NCBI RefSeq assembly: GCF_000306885.1
Contig: NC_018267.1
Span: forward strand, 750,001 to 782,000
Direction of reading: 5' to 3'
Source: Wolbachia endosymbiont of Onchocerca ochengi
Lineage (GTDB): Bacteria > Pseudomonadota > Alphaproteobacteria > Rickettsiales > Anaplasmataceae
Length of the DNA stretch: 32,000 nt
Below, piece by piece: positions 1 to 10,556 of this stretch (within the stretch, counting starts at the first letter, position 1; every line of letters begins with the position of its first letter). The notes under the pieces are model-generated. The model saw only the letters and a list, made by a program, of their open reading frames with translations, was not told where the DNA came from and ran no database searches. The position numbers were made by a program, and so were the translations under genes.

Positions 1-1383
1 TTTTTCTAAGTACTCCGTTACAACTTGTGATCCTGGGGCAAGAGAAGTTTTAACCCAAGGTTTTGATTTTATTCCAAGTTTGACTGCATTACGTGCTACA
101 AGACCAGCAGCAATCATCGTGCTTGGATTTGAGGTATTGGTGCAGCTGGTTATTGCAGCAATAACCACACTTCCGTCTTGAAGTTTATCGCTTTTCTCTA
201 GTTTACTAACTGGAAACGATTGAGAAAAAGATTCTGAAATTTGTGGAAGAAAAACTTTATCTTGTGGTCTTTTAGGACCGGCCATTACTGGTTTTACACT
301 TGATAAATCAAGCTCCAACATGTCAAAAAACGCTAACTCGTTACTGTTTCGCAACAATCCTTGTTCTTTTGCATAGACTTCAACTAATTTGATTAACTCC
401 TCTGGCCTTCCAGTTAAATTTAAATAATCTAGTGTTTTTTGATCAATTGGGAAAAAGCCACAAGTTGCACCATACTCTGGAGCCATATTAGCTATGGTTG
501 CTCTGTCTTCTATAGATAAATGATCCAACCCACTACCATAAAATTCTACAAACTTACCAACAACACTTTTTTTTCTCAAGATATTTGTAATTGTCAGTAC
601 TAGATCAGTTGCAGTTACTCCTTCTGAGAGTTTTCCAGTTAATTTAAATCCCACTACCTCTGGGATCATCATGCTAATTGGTTGATCAAGCATTACAGAT
701 TCAGCTTCTATTCCACCAACACCCCAACCAAGAATTGATAAACTATTAACCATAGTAGTGTGGCTATCTGTGCCGACTACAGTATCAGGGTACACAACCC
801 CATTTTTGTTACACACAACTTGTGCCAAATACTCGATATTTACTTGGTGACAAATTCCTGTTCCAGGTGGCACTACTCTAAAATTTTTGAAGGATGACTC
901 TCCCCACTTCAAAAGCTTATACCTCTCCAAATTTCTTTTTACTTCCAATTCAACATTTTTATTAAACGCAGAAATGCTTCCATAACTGTCTACTTGAACA
1001 GAATGGTCAATTACAAGATCAACAGGTACGGATAGATTTATTTTACTTGGGTCACCTCCACTTTTTTTTATATAACTACGCATTGAGGCTAAATCAACAA
1101 TAGCAGGAACTCCTGTAAAATCTTGCATCAACACTCTTGCCGGTTTGTAGCTAATTTCATGATTAACGTGTTTTTCCACACAACTTGCTAGTATTTTTAT
1201 GTCATCAAATCTTACATTCACTCCATCTTCGTTACGTAATAAATTCTCAAGTAAGACCTTTAGTGAGCAAGGTAGTTTAGTTAGGTCTATTCCTAAAAAT
1301 TCACCAGCAGCACTGAGGCTAAAGTAGCTATACAACTTTTTGTTGATGTTTAAAACTGTTTTTGAGTTTAAAGAATTATTCAT
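1..1383 (-). CDS. acnA: aconitate hydratase, N-terminal 461 codons (3' part runs off the left window edge)
   Basis: Absent from the ORF track because it is open at the window edge. Reverse-strand translation from ATG (1383..1381) gives [54 protein letters not shown]...[23 protein letters not shown]. The frame is still open at base 1 (...[20 protein letters not shown]). Both stretches are classic aconitase/IRP motifs. Confidence 0.9.
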   Translation of the reverse strand, partial: MNNSLNSKTVLNINKKLYSYFSLSAAGEFLGIDLTKLPCSLKVLLENLLRNEDGVNVRFDDIKILASCVEKHVNHEISYKPARVLMQDFTGVPAIVDLASMRSYIKKSGGDPSKINLSVPVDLVIDHSVQVDSYGSISAFNKNVELEVKRNLERYKLLKWGESSFKNFRVVPPGTGICHQVNIEYLAQVVCNKNGVVYPDTVVGTDSHTTMVNSLSILGWGVGGIEAESVMLDQPISMMIPEVVGFKLTGKLSEGVTATDLVLTITNILRKKSVVGKFVEFYGSGLDHLSIEDRATIANMAPEYGATCGFFPIDQKTLDYLNLTGRPEELIKLVEVYAKEQGLLRNSNELAFFDMLELDLSSVKPVMAGPKRPQDKVFLPQISESFSQSFPVSKLEKSDKLQDGSVVIAAITSCTNTSNPSTMIAAGLVARNAVKLGIKSKPWVKTSLAPGSQVVTEYLEK

Positions 1384-2260
1384 CTCGTATAGCCATTATT
1401 TAAATGAAAAGAACCACAATCTTGATATCGCTATAAAATGGTATAAATTTCTCTATATTGTAGTAAAATAAGTATGATCACCAATTTATATTATGCAGTC
1501 GGTGTTTAATAAGCTATTATTTGCTGCAAAAACTTTAGGAACAAATATCATGATTGTCAATAATAGACTGAGGTAAACCTTTCTAAAATAGGCATCATTT
1601 TATGTGAAGCTTGGTAAAGAAAAATTTTCATTAGCAGGATAGCATGGAAGTGTATTAGCTACGAAAGCTGCTTAGTGAGTTTTATTGCTTCTTTCACCAT
1701 AAGGTTGGAATTATTTACTTATTTTTATAATTTTGTAGTAAATTAGTGACAAAAAACTTAATGTATTTGATGTATGTTATGTTTAATTTTTTGCATTGTG
1801 TACGTCTTATATCTTTTAAAACACTAGACTTTTGCAAGTTGAAACATACTTGTATAGTATTTTTGGACAGCAAAGACATTAAATAGATATAAATGAGAAT
1901 TAGAGTACTAGTTGTTTTGTTTTAGGTCCATTCTGTTTTTTTTGCTTAGTAAGCTCCTTAATATCTATAATTTAGCTAGTTGCATTTAAAATGTAGTTAA
2001 ATATAGCGCTTAGAACAAGGACGCCAATATTTTGAAGTTAATAAATAATTATCTGCCTATGATTTTTTTTGCCTTTTTTTGTCTGGTAAATTTTTTAAAA
2101 GCAATTCATCAACGAATATTTGTTCTTATAATAAATAGTTATCTTTATGGTAACAATATTTAGCAGTTAGATTTTGTATTCGAGACAAAATTATGTCTTG
2201 AAAAAGTTAAGTTTTAGTGTTATAAAGTATAGATTCCGCACTCAAATTTTTATAATAACT

Positions 2261-3508
2261 ATGAATGTAAAGGATGAGAAAACACACAATATTGAAGTAA
2301 AGTTACCGATATTTCTTGATTACCAATCTACTACTAAAGTAGATCCTCGTGTCTTAGAGGTGATGATACCTTATTTTGGTGAATTTAGTAATGCACATTC
2401 CCGTAGTCATTCGTTCGGTTGGATTGCTGAAGAAGCAGTGGGAAAAGCAAGGAAGTATATTGCGGATCTAGTGAACGCAAATAGTAAGGAAATTGTCTTT
2501 ACCTCAGGTGCAACTGAGTCAAACAATATGGCGATTAAAGGTGTTGCTCACTTTTATAAAAATAAAGGGGATCATATAATAACTGTCTGCACAGAGCATA
2601 AGTGCGTTTTGGATTCTTGTCGGCACTTGGAAAGTGAAGGCTTTAAAGTTACATATTTACCTGTTAAGCAAAATGGAATTATCGATTTATCGAAGCTAAA
2701 AAAAGCAATTACTAACAGAACAATTCTGGTTTCAGTGATGATGGTAAACAATGAAATTGGAGTAGTGCAACCTGTTAAAGAAATTGGTGCGATATGCAGA
2801 AAGCATAATATATTTTTTCACACAGATGCTGCCCAAAGCTTTGGAAAAGTGCCAATTGATGTTAATGAAATGAACATTGATCTCATGAGCCTTTCTAGCC
2901 ATAAAATTTATGGACCTATGGGAATAGGTGCATTATATGTTCGTAGAAAAAATCCTCGTGTTAGGTTAACACCATTGATTAGTGGTGGTGGGCAGGAAAG
3001 AGGTATGCGTTCTGGAACAGTTCCAACTCCTCTTTCGGTCGGTTTTGGTGAAGCAGCGCGTATTGCTAAAGAAGAAATGGAAATAGAAGCAATCAAGTTG
3101 GAAGAACTAAGAGATATTTTGTATAACAAGATAAAAGAAGCATTTCCTGATGTTGTTTTAAATGGCGATTATAAAAATAGAATTCCTGGCAATTTAAACT
3201 TAAGTTTCCCCTATGTTGAAGGTGAATCTCTCATCATGGCAATCAAGGATTTAGCGGTAAGTTCTGGTTCTGCATGTACATCTGCATCTCTTGAGCCTTC
3301 TTACGTTATACGATCACTAAATAATGGTCATGACCTTGAACATTCATCAATTAGATTTGGTCTTGGCCGATTTACAACTAAAGATGAAATTTTATACGCG
3401 GCGGATCTTGTTGCTAAGAATGTTGGGCGGCTAAGAGAAATGAGCCCGCTTTGGGAAATGGTGCAAGAAGGGGTAGATTTAAGCACAGTAAAATGGGACT
3501 TTCATTAA
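2261..3508 (+). CDS. iscS: cysteine desulfurase IscS (PLP-dependent, class V aminotransferase fold)
   Basis: ORF 2174..3508. Close to E. coli IscS along its length: [68 protein letters not shown], and C-terminus [21 protein letters not shown]. The track start at 2174 is a TTG with a 29-aa non-homologous leader. ATG at 2261 (MNVKDEK...) gives the usual length of about 415 aa. Confidence 0.9.
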   Translation: MNVKDEKTHNIEVKLPIFLDYQSTTKVDPRVLEVMIPYFGEFSNAHSRSHSFGWIAEEAVGKARKYIADLVNANSKEIVFTSGATESNNMAIKGVAHFYKNKGDHIITVCTEHKCVLDSCRHLESEGFKVTYLPVKQNGIIDLSKLKKAITNRTILVSVMMVNNEIGVVQPVKEIGAICRKHNIFFHTDAAQSFGKVPIDVNEMNIDLMSLSSHKIYGPMGIGALYVRRKNPRVRLTPLISGGGQERGMRSGTVPTPLSVGFGEAARIAKEEMEIEAIKLEELRDILYNKIKEAFPDVVLNGDYKNRIPGNLNLSFPYVEGESLIMAIKDLAVSSGSACTSASLEPSYVIRSLNNGHDLEHSSIRFGLGRFTTKDEILYAADLVAKNVGRLREMSPLWEMVQEGVDLSTVKWDFH

Positions 3509-3959
3509 AACTCTATTTAGCAGAATAGCAAAATAGAGAAAATAAGAAATCTAATAGTAAAAAAGGTTGATTCTTTTTTTAAGGAACGAAAGTGATAAAA
3601 GTTCAAGAAACTTGGCTTAGGATAAAAAATGAGGGGGAGGAGTAGTTTTTAAAGTATTGCTCTTAGCAGAGTAGTGAGATAGGTGTGTAAAAGCAAGTTA
3701 TGGGATTCTGTAGAAATTTAGAACAAAAATGAAGGTAAATAAAGGTTTAATGACATTGGGAAGTATTAAAAATATGCTGTATAGGATTAATCTTTAAAAA
3801 AAAATCTTCAATATGAGAAAAATAAGAATATTCTCACCTACCCTATTTTTCAAAACGACATCCTAGACTTCATTAATGTTAAATTAACACAAAAAGTTGA
3901 ATTCCCACAGCACCATTATAAATCCTAAAATCGCTTCTGTGATGAGCAGAGTATTGTTA

Positions 3960-4380
3960 ATATTTTTTGCAAGGTGGTTTTCACGAAAAACAGATAAATT
4001 GTGGAGCGCAGCTCTATGGGAATAAGAGCTTTGAAGACGTGCTTAACTTTACGCTGCTAAAGCTTATTCAAGACAGTCTGGTAATCACATTGGTCAAAAA
4101 GGTTTTTCTTTAATGAATATTATTTAAAGAACTTTTTATTTGTTTTTATTGAGTTGCCTAAATTTACAAAAAGTCGAGTAGAGTAATTAAAAAGCTTGAT
4201 GAAGAGGTAATTAGACAAGTTTTATTGATGAGAAGAATCAGTAACATATAAAGGTTAATGGAAGATAAGAATAGGTTAAAATAGTTGTGGCTAAAAACTT
4301 ACTTAAGGCCAGTGTCTCTGTAAATATTGTTACTAAAATTACTGGCGTTCAGTAGATGAAATAAAAAAATTGCATGAAAT
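3960..4380 (+). pseudogene. decayed C-terminal two-thirds of a PD-(D/E)XK (PDDEXK_2 / Rpn-like) putative transposase gene
   Basis: Plus-strand fragments occur in native order but in three different frames with stops. They are RRA*LYAAKAYSRQ (4035-4076), IELPKFTKS (4148-4174), VVAKNLLKASVSVNIVTKITGVQ* (4284-4355), then after a shift SVDEIKKLHE (4349-4378). From memory these match the family hallmarks R..YY.SKLY..Q, FIELPKF.K and the tail IAKNLL..G.s.e.I...TGLS.EEI..L. Confidence 0.5.
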
Positions 4381-4410
4381 GGGAATGTATTATTGATATA
4401 AACGGACAAA

Positions 4411-4430
4411 TTATATACTCCTTTTTCATA
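4411..4430. repeat. copy 1 of a 20-nt exact repeat TTATATACTCCTTTTTCATA (second copy at 15255..15274)
   Basis: Read directly from the sequence. Similarity extends upstream (GGACAAA vs GGACTAAA, with a 5-nt indel). The reverse complement reads TATGAAAAAGGAGTATATAA, i.e. an AAGGAG Shine-Dalgarno-like core or an ATG-AAA-AAG-GAG-TAT-ATA (MKKEYI) start. Confidence 0.8.
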
Positions 4431-4503
4431 AGAATAAAATTTGAAGAGAAACTATAGAAATGCTATAGATACTTACTTTTGTTAAGACAATCTTAGAGAA
4501 GGT

Positions 4504-5511
4504 ATGATGTTTAATTTTCCGAACACACGTTTAAGGCGTAGGCGCTCAAGTAAATGGATTCGCAATTTAACGAGTGAAAGCATTTTATCAGTAAATGATT
4601 TGATTTTCCCTCTTTTTGTTCATGACAAAAAAGAAACAACTGAATCAATTCCAGGTTTACCCGGCATGAAATGTTATTCAATAGATGAATTGGTTTCTGT
4701 AGCTCAAAAAGCTGAGGATTTGGGGATCAATGCTATTGCGGTTTTTCCTGTAGTTGACAGTAAATTAAAATCTAAAAATGCTGAGGAAGCATATAATCAA
4801 GACAATTTAATCTGCAAAGCAATTTATGCTGTAAAATTAAAGGTACCTGGTATTGGTATTATTGCAGACGTTGCGCTAGATCCATATACTACTCATGGTC
4901 ATGATGGCCTTTTAAAAGGGGATCTGATAGATGTGGAAAACGATGAAACTGTGTCAGTATTATGTAAGCAAGCGCTCGCTTTAGCAAAAGCAGGATGTAA
5001 TATAGTGGCTCCTTCTGATATGATGGATGGTAGAATAGGAAAAATAAGAAGGACATTGGATGATAATAACTTTCAAGATGTGTTGATATTGTCTTATGCA
5101 GTAAAATACTGTTCAAGTTTCTATGCACCATTTAGACAAATTGTTGGTTCATGTATACCATCAAATTTTATCGACAAAAGTAGTTATCAAATGGACTATA
5201 GAAATGCAAAAGAGACAATTTGTGAAATTGAAATGGATATAAACGAAGGTGCAGATCTTATTATGATAAAACCAGGTATGCCATACTTAGATATAATTAA
5301 AACAGCAAGTGATAAGTTTAATTTTCCGATTTTTGCTTATCAAGTAAGTGGTGAATATGCAATGATAAAAGCTGCAACAAATAACGGCTGGCTGAATTAT
5401 GATAAAGTAATTTATGAGTCTTTAGTTGGTTTTAAGCGTGCTGGTGCAAGCGCAATAATTACCTATGCAGCGCTTGATGTTGTAAAAATTTTAATGACAC
5501 AAAAGACCTAA
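4504..5511 (+). CDS. hemB: porphobilinogen synthase (delta-aminolevulinate dehydratase)
   Basis: 335-aa ORF with the typical ALAD N-terminus RLRRRRSSKWIRNLTSESILSVNDLIFPLFV. It also has the active-site region SDMMDGRIGKIR, SYAVKYCSSFYAPFR and the KPGMPYLDII Schiff-base lysine motif. Confidence 0.92.
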   Translation: MMFNFPNTRLRRRRSSKWIRNLTSESILSVNDLIFPLFVHDKKETTESIPGLPGMKCYSIDELVSVAQKAEDLGINAIAVFPVVDSKLKSKNAEEAYNQDNLICKAIYAVKLKVPGIGIIADVALDPYTTHGHDGLLKGDLIDVENDETVSVLCKQALALAKAGCNIVAPSDMMDGRIGKIRRTLDDNNFQDVLILSYAVKYCSSFYAPFRQIVGSCIPSNFIDKSSYQMDYRNAKETICEIEMDINEGADLIMIKPGMPYLDIIKTASDKFNFPIFAYQVSGEYAMIKAATNNGWLNYDKVIYESLVGFKRAGASAIITYAALDVVKILMTQKT

Positions 5512-6187
5512 TGTGAACTGTGTTTGCTGTAATAAATTAAGTAGACTTCTTATGTAGTTTTTGGCAGTACACTAGGTCTATATTTAAATAGAAACAAAAA
5601 ACTACTTGATAAACGTTCGTTTTAGCTTCTTTACCTCAAACTAAGGTTATTTAGTTATTTTCAATTTATGCAAGTTAAAGTAATAAGAATATTGCGTAGT
5701 TGATATATCTGATGTTTAATTCTTTACACTATATATGCTTAATATCTTTGTTAATTTCACTTAGATTTCTAGGTTTTTATTATATGAGTTAAAGTGCACT
5801 TATAAAACATTTAAGGCAGTGTAGAATGCTAGTTTTTTAAGCAGGTATTAATCAGGTTTTACCTTATCTTTTTTTCATTTGGTAAGCTTTTAAAGTGTTT
5901 GTAGCTAAAGCAATTTAAAAAGCTCCGTAAAAAAATGTCATTTCACAGTGTTCACCATTTAAATGACATTTATGAAGATTTTTTAAGTTATCAATAAACC
6001 TAAGTTTCGGTTCAGCTGAAGATTAGATATATCCGTTAGTTTAGGACATCAGAGCTGTACAGACTATAGCGTGTTGAAAACTAATTAAAGAACCTTAATT
6101 GTATGATTGACATTGGCTACAGAATTATGTAATAATAAAAGGGTTATCGTTTTTGATTAAAAAAGGCTTAAGTTGTTGCTTTTGTTT

Positions 6188-7135
6188 TTAGTTGTTAATT
6201 AATTTTTTCCATTTGGAAACCATTACATTGGCTTGCCTTAGTGCTTCAATAGAAGATAAGTCTTCTGTGCTGAGTGGTAGGCGGACAGTTTTGTGCTTTA
6301 TGATCCCAATATCATGCAAGAGTGCTTTAGTGGGTATTGGATTACTAGTAATACACAGTGTTTTACAGACTTGCTGCCAGATACTTGTTGAACTTTTTAC
6401 TTCATTTTCTATTACTTTAGTAGTTGCTTCCTTTTTAGATTCCAGCGCATAACGCTGGAATAACAGTAAGCATTGCTTAACATACTTATGTACTATACAT
6501 GGCCAAAGATTAGAAGCAACAGAAACTAAGCCATCTGCACCATAAGCGGCCATATCAAGTATCATATTATCATCACCACAAAAAACTTTAATATTTGGTG
6601 CAACTTTTTTGTACTTGATTAAAGTATCAATAGTTCCACTTGAATCTTTAATAGCCCAAAACTTTTCGTGGCTAGACAAATTACGTACAGTTTCTACATG
6701 AAGACTTACTCCTGCTCTTGATGGAATATTATAAAGCATAGCTGGTACATGTGCTTTTTCGAGTAGCTTTTCAAACCATAAAGTCTGCCCCATAATTCCA
6801 GGCTTTGTATAAATTGGGGTGGTTATTAAATAGCCGTAAATGGGCATGCCTTTGCAAAAATCAAGCCATTCAAGAGTTTGATATAAATTCACTCCTGGTA
6901 CACCAATTATGATTTTCGTACTTAATTTCAGTCCACATAGAAAGTTAACTAATGTACGCCTTTCATGATCAGTAAGTGACAAACTTTCACCAGTGCTACC
7001 TAATAACACCACACCGTTTTCGGCTTCAGCTTGCATTGTAAGTAAAAGCTGTAAACTGCTATAATCTATACTATCTCCTTTATCATTAAAAGGAGTAACA
7101 CAGGCAGTCCATAGAAATGGAGATAGTAATTTCAA
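6188..7135 (-). CDS. dapA: 4-hydroxy-tetrahydrodipicolinate synthase
   Basis: 315-aa ORF with VTPF, GSTGES, YNIPSRAG, AIKDSSG and SNPIPTKALL motifs of DapA. It has a TTG start 9 nt after the ssb stop. It is about 16 aa longer than E. coli DapA between the SNL and NPIP motifs (see finding). Confidence 0.85.
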   Translation of the reverse strand: MKLLSPFLWTACVTPFNDKGDSIDYSSLQLLLTMQAEAENGVVLLGSTGESLSLTDHERRTLVNFLCGLKLSTKIIIGVPGVNLYQTLEWLDFCKGMPIYGYLITTPIYTKPGIMGQTLWFEKLLEKAHVPAMLYNIPSRAGVSLHVETVRNLSSHEKFWAIKDSSGTIDTLIKYKKVAPNIKVFCGDDNMILDMAAYGADGLVSVASNLWPCIVHKYVKQCLLLFQRYALESKKEATTKVIENEVKSSTSIWQQVCKTLCITSNPIPTKALLHDIGIIKHKTVRLPLSTEDLSSIEALRQANVMVSKWKKLINN

Positions 7136-7144
7136 TTGAAGTTA

Positions 7145-7621
7145 TTAAAATGGTATTTCATCATCAATTAGCTCTTCCTTTATTTCACTGTCAAAAAAAT
7201 CTCTATGCTGATTTTTTTGTTCTACTTCACGTTGCTTATATTCGTTTGATTTACAATCAGAATTTGACCGTGAATCTAAAACTGCAAGAGTGCTGTTAAA
7301 ATTCTGCAACATTACCTCTGTGGTATATCTTTCACTCCCATTTTGGTCAGTATATTTTCTAGTTCTTAAAGAACCTTCAATGTAAACTTTACTACCTTTA
7401 CGTACGAGATCTTTGATGATTTTTACTAATCCTTCACTAAACACTACAATATTATGCCACTCCGTTTTTTCAGAGCGTATACCAGAAAACTTATCGGTCC
7501 AATTTTCAGATGTAGCTATTGAAAAACTTGCCATTTCTTTCCCACTCTGCATAGTTCTAATTTCAGGATCTTTTCCTAAATTACCAACTAATATAACTTT
7601 GTTTACTGTACCAGCGGACAT
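7145..7621 (-). CDS. ssb: single-stranded DNA-binding protein
   Basis: 158-aa ORF with an OB-fold N-terminus (NKVILVGNLGKDPEIR...TEWHNIVVF) and the acidic C-terminal tail DDEIPF typical of bacterial SSB. Confidence 0.92.
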   Translation of the reverse strand: MSAGTVNKVILVGNLGKDPEIRTMQSGKEMASFSIATSENWTDKFSGIRSEKTEWHNIVVFSEGLVKIIKDLVRKGSKVYIEGSLRTRKYTDQNGSERYTTEVMLQNFNSTLAVLDSRSNSDCKSNEYKQREVEQKNQHRDFFDSEIKEELIDDEIPF

Positions 7622-7690
7622 AATTGTACTTTAAAATAAACTCCCTATATTATCTTATGTTAAAATACAATTGTCAAATCTGATAGGAAA

Positions 7691-7764
7691 TGCGCTTGGA
7701 GGGATTCGAACCCTCTACCTTTGCCTCCGGAGGGCAACGCTCTCTCCAACTGAACTACAAGCGC
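7691..7764 (-). tRNA. tRNA-Arg (anticodon CCG)
   Basis: Reverse complement: GCGCTTG TA GTTC AGTTGGAGA GAGC G TTGCC CTCCGGA GGCAA AGGTA GAGGG TTCGAAT CCCTC CAAGCGC A. This is a full cloverleaf with a 7-bp acceptor stem, a GTTCGAAT T-loop and the anticodon loop CT-CCG-GA. No CCA is encoded. Confidence 0.9.
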
Positions 7765-8799
7765 ACATATATTAAATTACCTAGTAGATAAGCTAACTAA
7801 GTTAAATTTTAGATTCGGATAAATCACAAACATAGCATTTTCATGCTGTCAATACACATATCTTTTGAATTACTTGTTTGGTTTTCATCATGTTCTGATC
7901 TACAGTCCACATAAAAATTATGTAGTTTCCGGTTATTAAGTGACTTTTTAAGTCCTTAATGCCTGTAAACAGTTTCCCATTTTACTCACATTTTCAGTGT
8001 ATTAGAAAAAAATATAAAATTTAACTAAACTCACTATCTTATGATTGAAATCATCTAATATCATTTCTCTTGAAGAACATAAGTAAAACTTTTCCATTTT
8101 GCTGACTATCTTACTGACTAATTTCTCATTAAAAGAATACTTTTTATATTATAATATTGTGATAAAACATCAAAATCACTCTCTACTGCTTCCCTTATTA
8201 TCTCATTCTGATTTATATGACTCTATACATACCTTTATCTTTCGGATGCTTATAAAGAAACATTCCTTTGCAAGTAAATTTCGTATATATCAGTAAAATT
8301 ATCGATTTCTTGATTGTTAATTTTGAAAATACTTTCGAAATATTTTTTTTATCATCACTCCTGCTTAGAGTAATAATATAAACTATTTCGTCATTATCTT
8401 GTTTTTCTAATATACATACAAACCTCTACTATTTAATTATAGCATTCTATGCTAGATGAGGTCTTCATCATTAATAGTATATTACCGACAGGCATATTTT
8501 TTACAAGTTTCTATATTTTCTAGACTGCTTTTACAGTCGCAATACGCATTGACCTTGAAAAATAGTATAGTAAAAACAAAAGATAGCTCTTTTACCTTCA
8601 TTATTTCATCTACTTCATTATAGCGTGCCAGTTGAGAACTATATTAGCTCTCACTATTTTACCATATTACCGTCCAAAATCTAATTCATAGTTACAGTAT
8701 CAATATTCCTCTCTTTTTTCAGAAATAAGAGGTTTAATCATGACATAACCAGGCAAACTTAGACAGATTGTAAAGATAAAAAATATGTTTATTTCTAGT

Positions 8800-9560
8800 T
8801 GAACTAAAACTTAGGTAATTTCACTTTTTTATTGCTTTTGTGTGTTTACTTTTACTGTGTAATCTTACTTTCTCAGGTGTAGAAATCGACACTTCAGTTT
8901 CAAGCATGTAGTATCTTTTATGCAACTTACTGAGCTCAAAACTGAAATTTGCAATGTATCCACTGCTGTGTAAACTTGAAGAAAAAATTTTTCTACAAAT
9001 TTAGGCTTTTACTTAAAATAACTTCCTTTTTTTTGAACCTCAGTAATTTGTAAATTTATAGAATGTATCTCATCAATAGAATTTTGATTTTTACTATAGA
9101 CTTTCTTGTTATAAACAACAACATGGACTAAAAAACTATTAACCCAATGAGCAAATAACAAGCAAAATACAAACCAAATTGTAGCTCTTCCTTTTAATCA
9201 GAAAATGGTTGTTGCTTACGTAGTCTCTCTATTTGAACATCAATAAATATATTTTGCTCTTTAATGACAGGTAAACCGGAAATATCAATGTCATAGTATG
9301 AAAATTATTGCTTAATTTTTCTGCAGTTCTTGTCTTAATAAGAAACATCTTTATTAGGTTAAAAATTGAACTTTAAAGCTGTAGTAATATAATCTTTTGC
9401 CTCATTATAATTTTACTTAAATGAGCAAAATTCTGCACTACAACCTGGTACTTTCAATTTTTCTACATATCTAACTTATATAAGAAGAAGACATTCTACC
9501 TTAAACAAAATGCTTTTAATATTAATAAAATCATAAATTCATCTATTTTTTACATTATGG
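8800..9560 (-). pseudogene. decayed PD-(D/E)XK (PDDEXK_2 / Rpn-like) gene copy, middle of a head-to-tail series
   Basis: Minus-strand fragments: YYDIDISGLPVIKEQNIFIDVQIERLRKQQPFSD*KEEL (core 9197-9253), resembling the catalytic ..D+....G..fIvEmQ......F.DR block. Then HSSGYIANFSFELSKLHKR (8914-8955), resembling l.i.FIELpKF.K. The two lie about 103 codons apart, close to the native spacing. Many stops and frameshifts. Confidence 0.35.
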
Positions 9561-9639
9561 CTTTGGTTGTACTTTATTGATTAATTTTTAAGGTTTACTT
9601 TTTTACTGATAAGTTATCAGCAACATTAAGATTTAAATG

Positions 9640-10556
9640 TAAATTCAATAGACAAATGATGTTGATTACAATAAGAGTTAAAGTAAAGCATAGAAAGATT
9701 TAGGGAGAGTTTGAATAAAGATAATTCAACAGATAAAATTCTTTAGTTTCTTTTATGTTGAAAATAGCTGCTGTTTACTTTTAAAGCTGTGAAATAGAGT
9801 TATGTGATCTCACAGAGAAACTGTCTTTTTCACCCACATTTAATTCTCATTCTAGTAATTTGCTTAACTCATGTGAAGTTAATATTTTAATATTTTTCTT
9901 TAGAAATTTTTAATTAATAAAACTAGCCTTAATTTCTGGTAGATTATTATTAATAAACTACACTAAACGCATGGATGCCAACTTTATTCTCTTTAAAAAC
10001 CATCTGCCTGTGCTTTTAGTCTTTTAATTATAACAACTATGACTTTCCAATTATCATAGTTCTGAGATAGAAAACCTTTTTTACTGTATTACTTATTTTT
10101 ATAGAAAATATTAATACTTACTTAAAGTTAGAGGCAATATATTCAACAAGTGCTTTGCTTTTGATCAAATAAGGAGAAATAATACCAGTTCTGATTGATT
10201 TTGCTTGATCCTTAACTAAGAAAATTGAGCTTATATTATTTTGCAAGCAAAATGCTTCATCTTTGCTTTTCTGATAAATAGGAGCTGATTCTATTTATTC
10301 TTGAAATGGACTGTAGCAAGTAATTCTGATCTGTATGATTGAGTATTAGATGTAAAGGTACTTTCTTATTTGACATAAGGCATGAACTTAATTCAGATAC
10401 TGTTTTATTGTTTTTGTCCTAACAAAATGTCTTTTATTTAAAACATTATTCTTGAAATATAGTGACATTGTACTTCTTTCTTCAATAGAAATCACGAGCT
10501 TACTTTTAGATTTCGAATTAAACATATTAACAGAACTTGTATTCATCTATAACTAA
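9640..10556 (-). pseudogene. decayed PD-(D/E)XK (PDDEXK_2 / Rpn-like) gene copy, upstream-most of the series
   Basis: Minus-strand fragments: an open 52-codon head from ATG 10556 (MNTSSVNMFNSKSKSKLVISIEERSTMSLYFKNNVLNK...). Then KDEAFCLQNNISSIFLVKDQAKS (10202-10252 core), aligning to fIvEMQN......yFKDRA. Then FY*LKISKEKY (about 9889-9920), aligning to FIELpKF.Ke. Motif spacings of about 105 and 103 codons are near native. Confidence 0.4.

Noticed and set aside
2174-2260. N-terminal extensions offered by the ORF track: iscS from TTG 2174, fabG from 17314, hlyD from TTG 17108, greA from GTG 21108, argS from TTG 30197.
   Set aside because: The extra residues have no counterpart in the respective families. 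In-frame ATG codons at 2261, 17380, 17072, 21099 and 30200 give canonical protein lengths. The start choice remains an inference.
3511-3538. Hairpins after iscS (CTCTATTT-12 nt-AAATAGAG), in the hemB-dapA spacer (AAATGTCATTT-17 nt-AAATGACATTT at 5933-5971), after ubiE (TAGTA-TAGAG-TACTA) and after argS (CTGTA-8 nt-TACAG), as terminators.
   Set aside because: The stems are short or purely AT, the loops are long, and there are no following T-runs. They are not distinguishable from chance inverted repeats in this composition.
9606-9620. Palindrome CTGATAAGTTATCAG, which resembles a Fur-box-like TGATAAT-n-ATTATCA dyad.
   Set aside because: It is 6-1-6 rather than 7-1-7, so it lacks the inner T/A pair. 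It lies deep inside an ORF-free decayed tract with no downstream gene to regulate. AT-rich dyads of this length are common by chance here.
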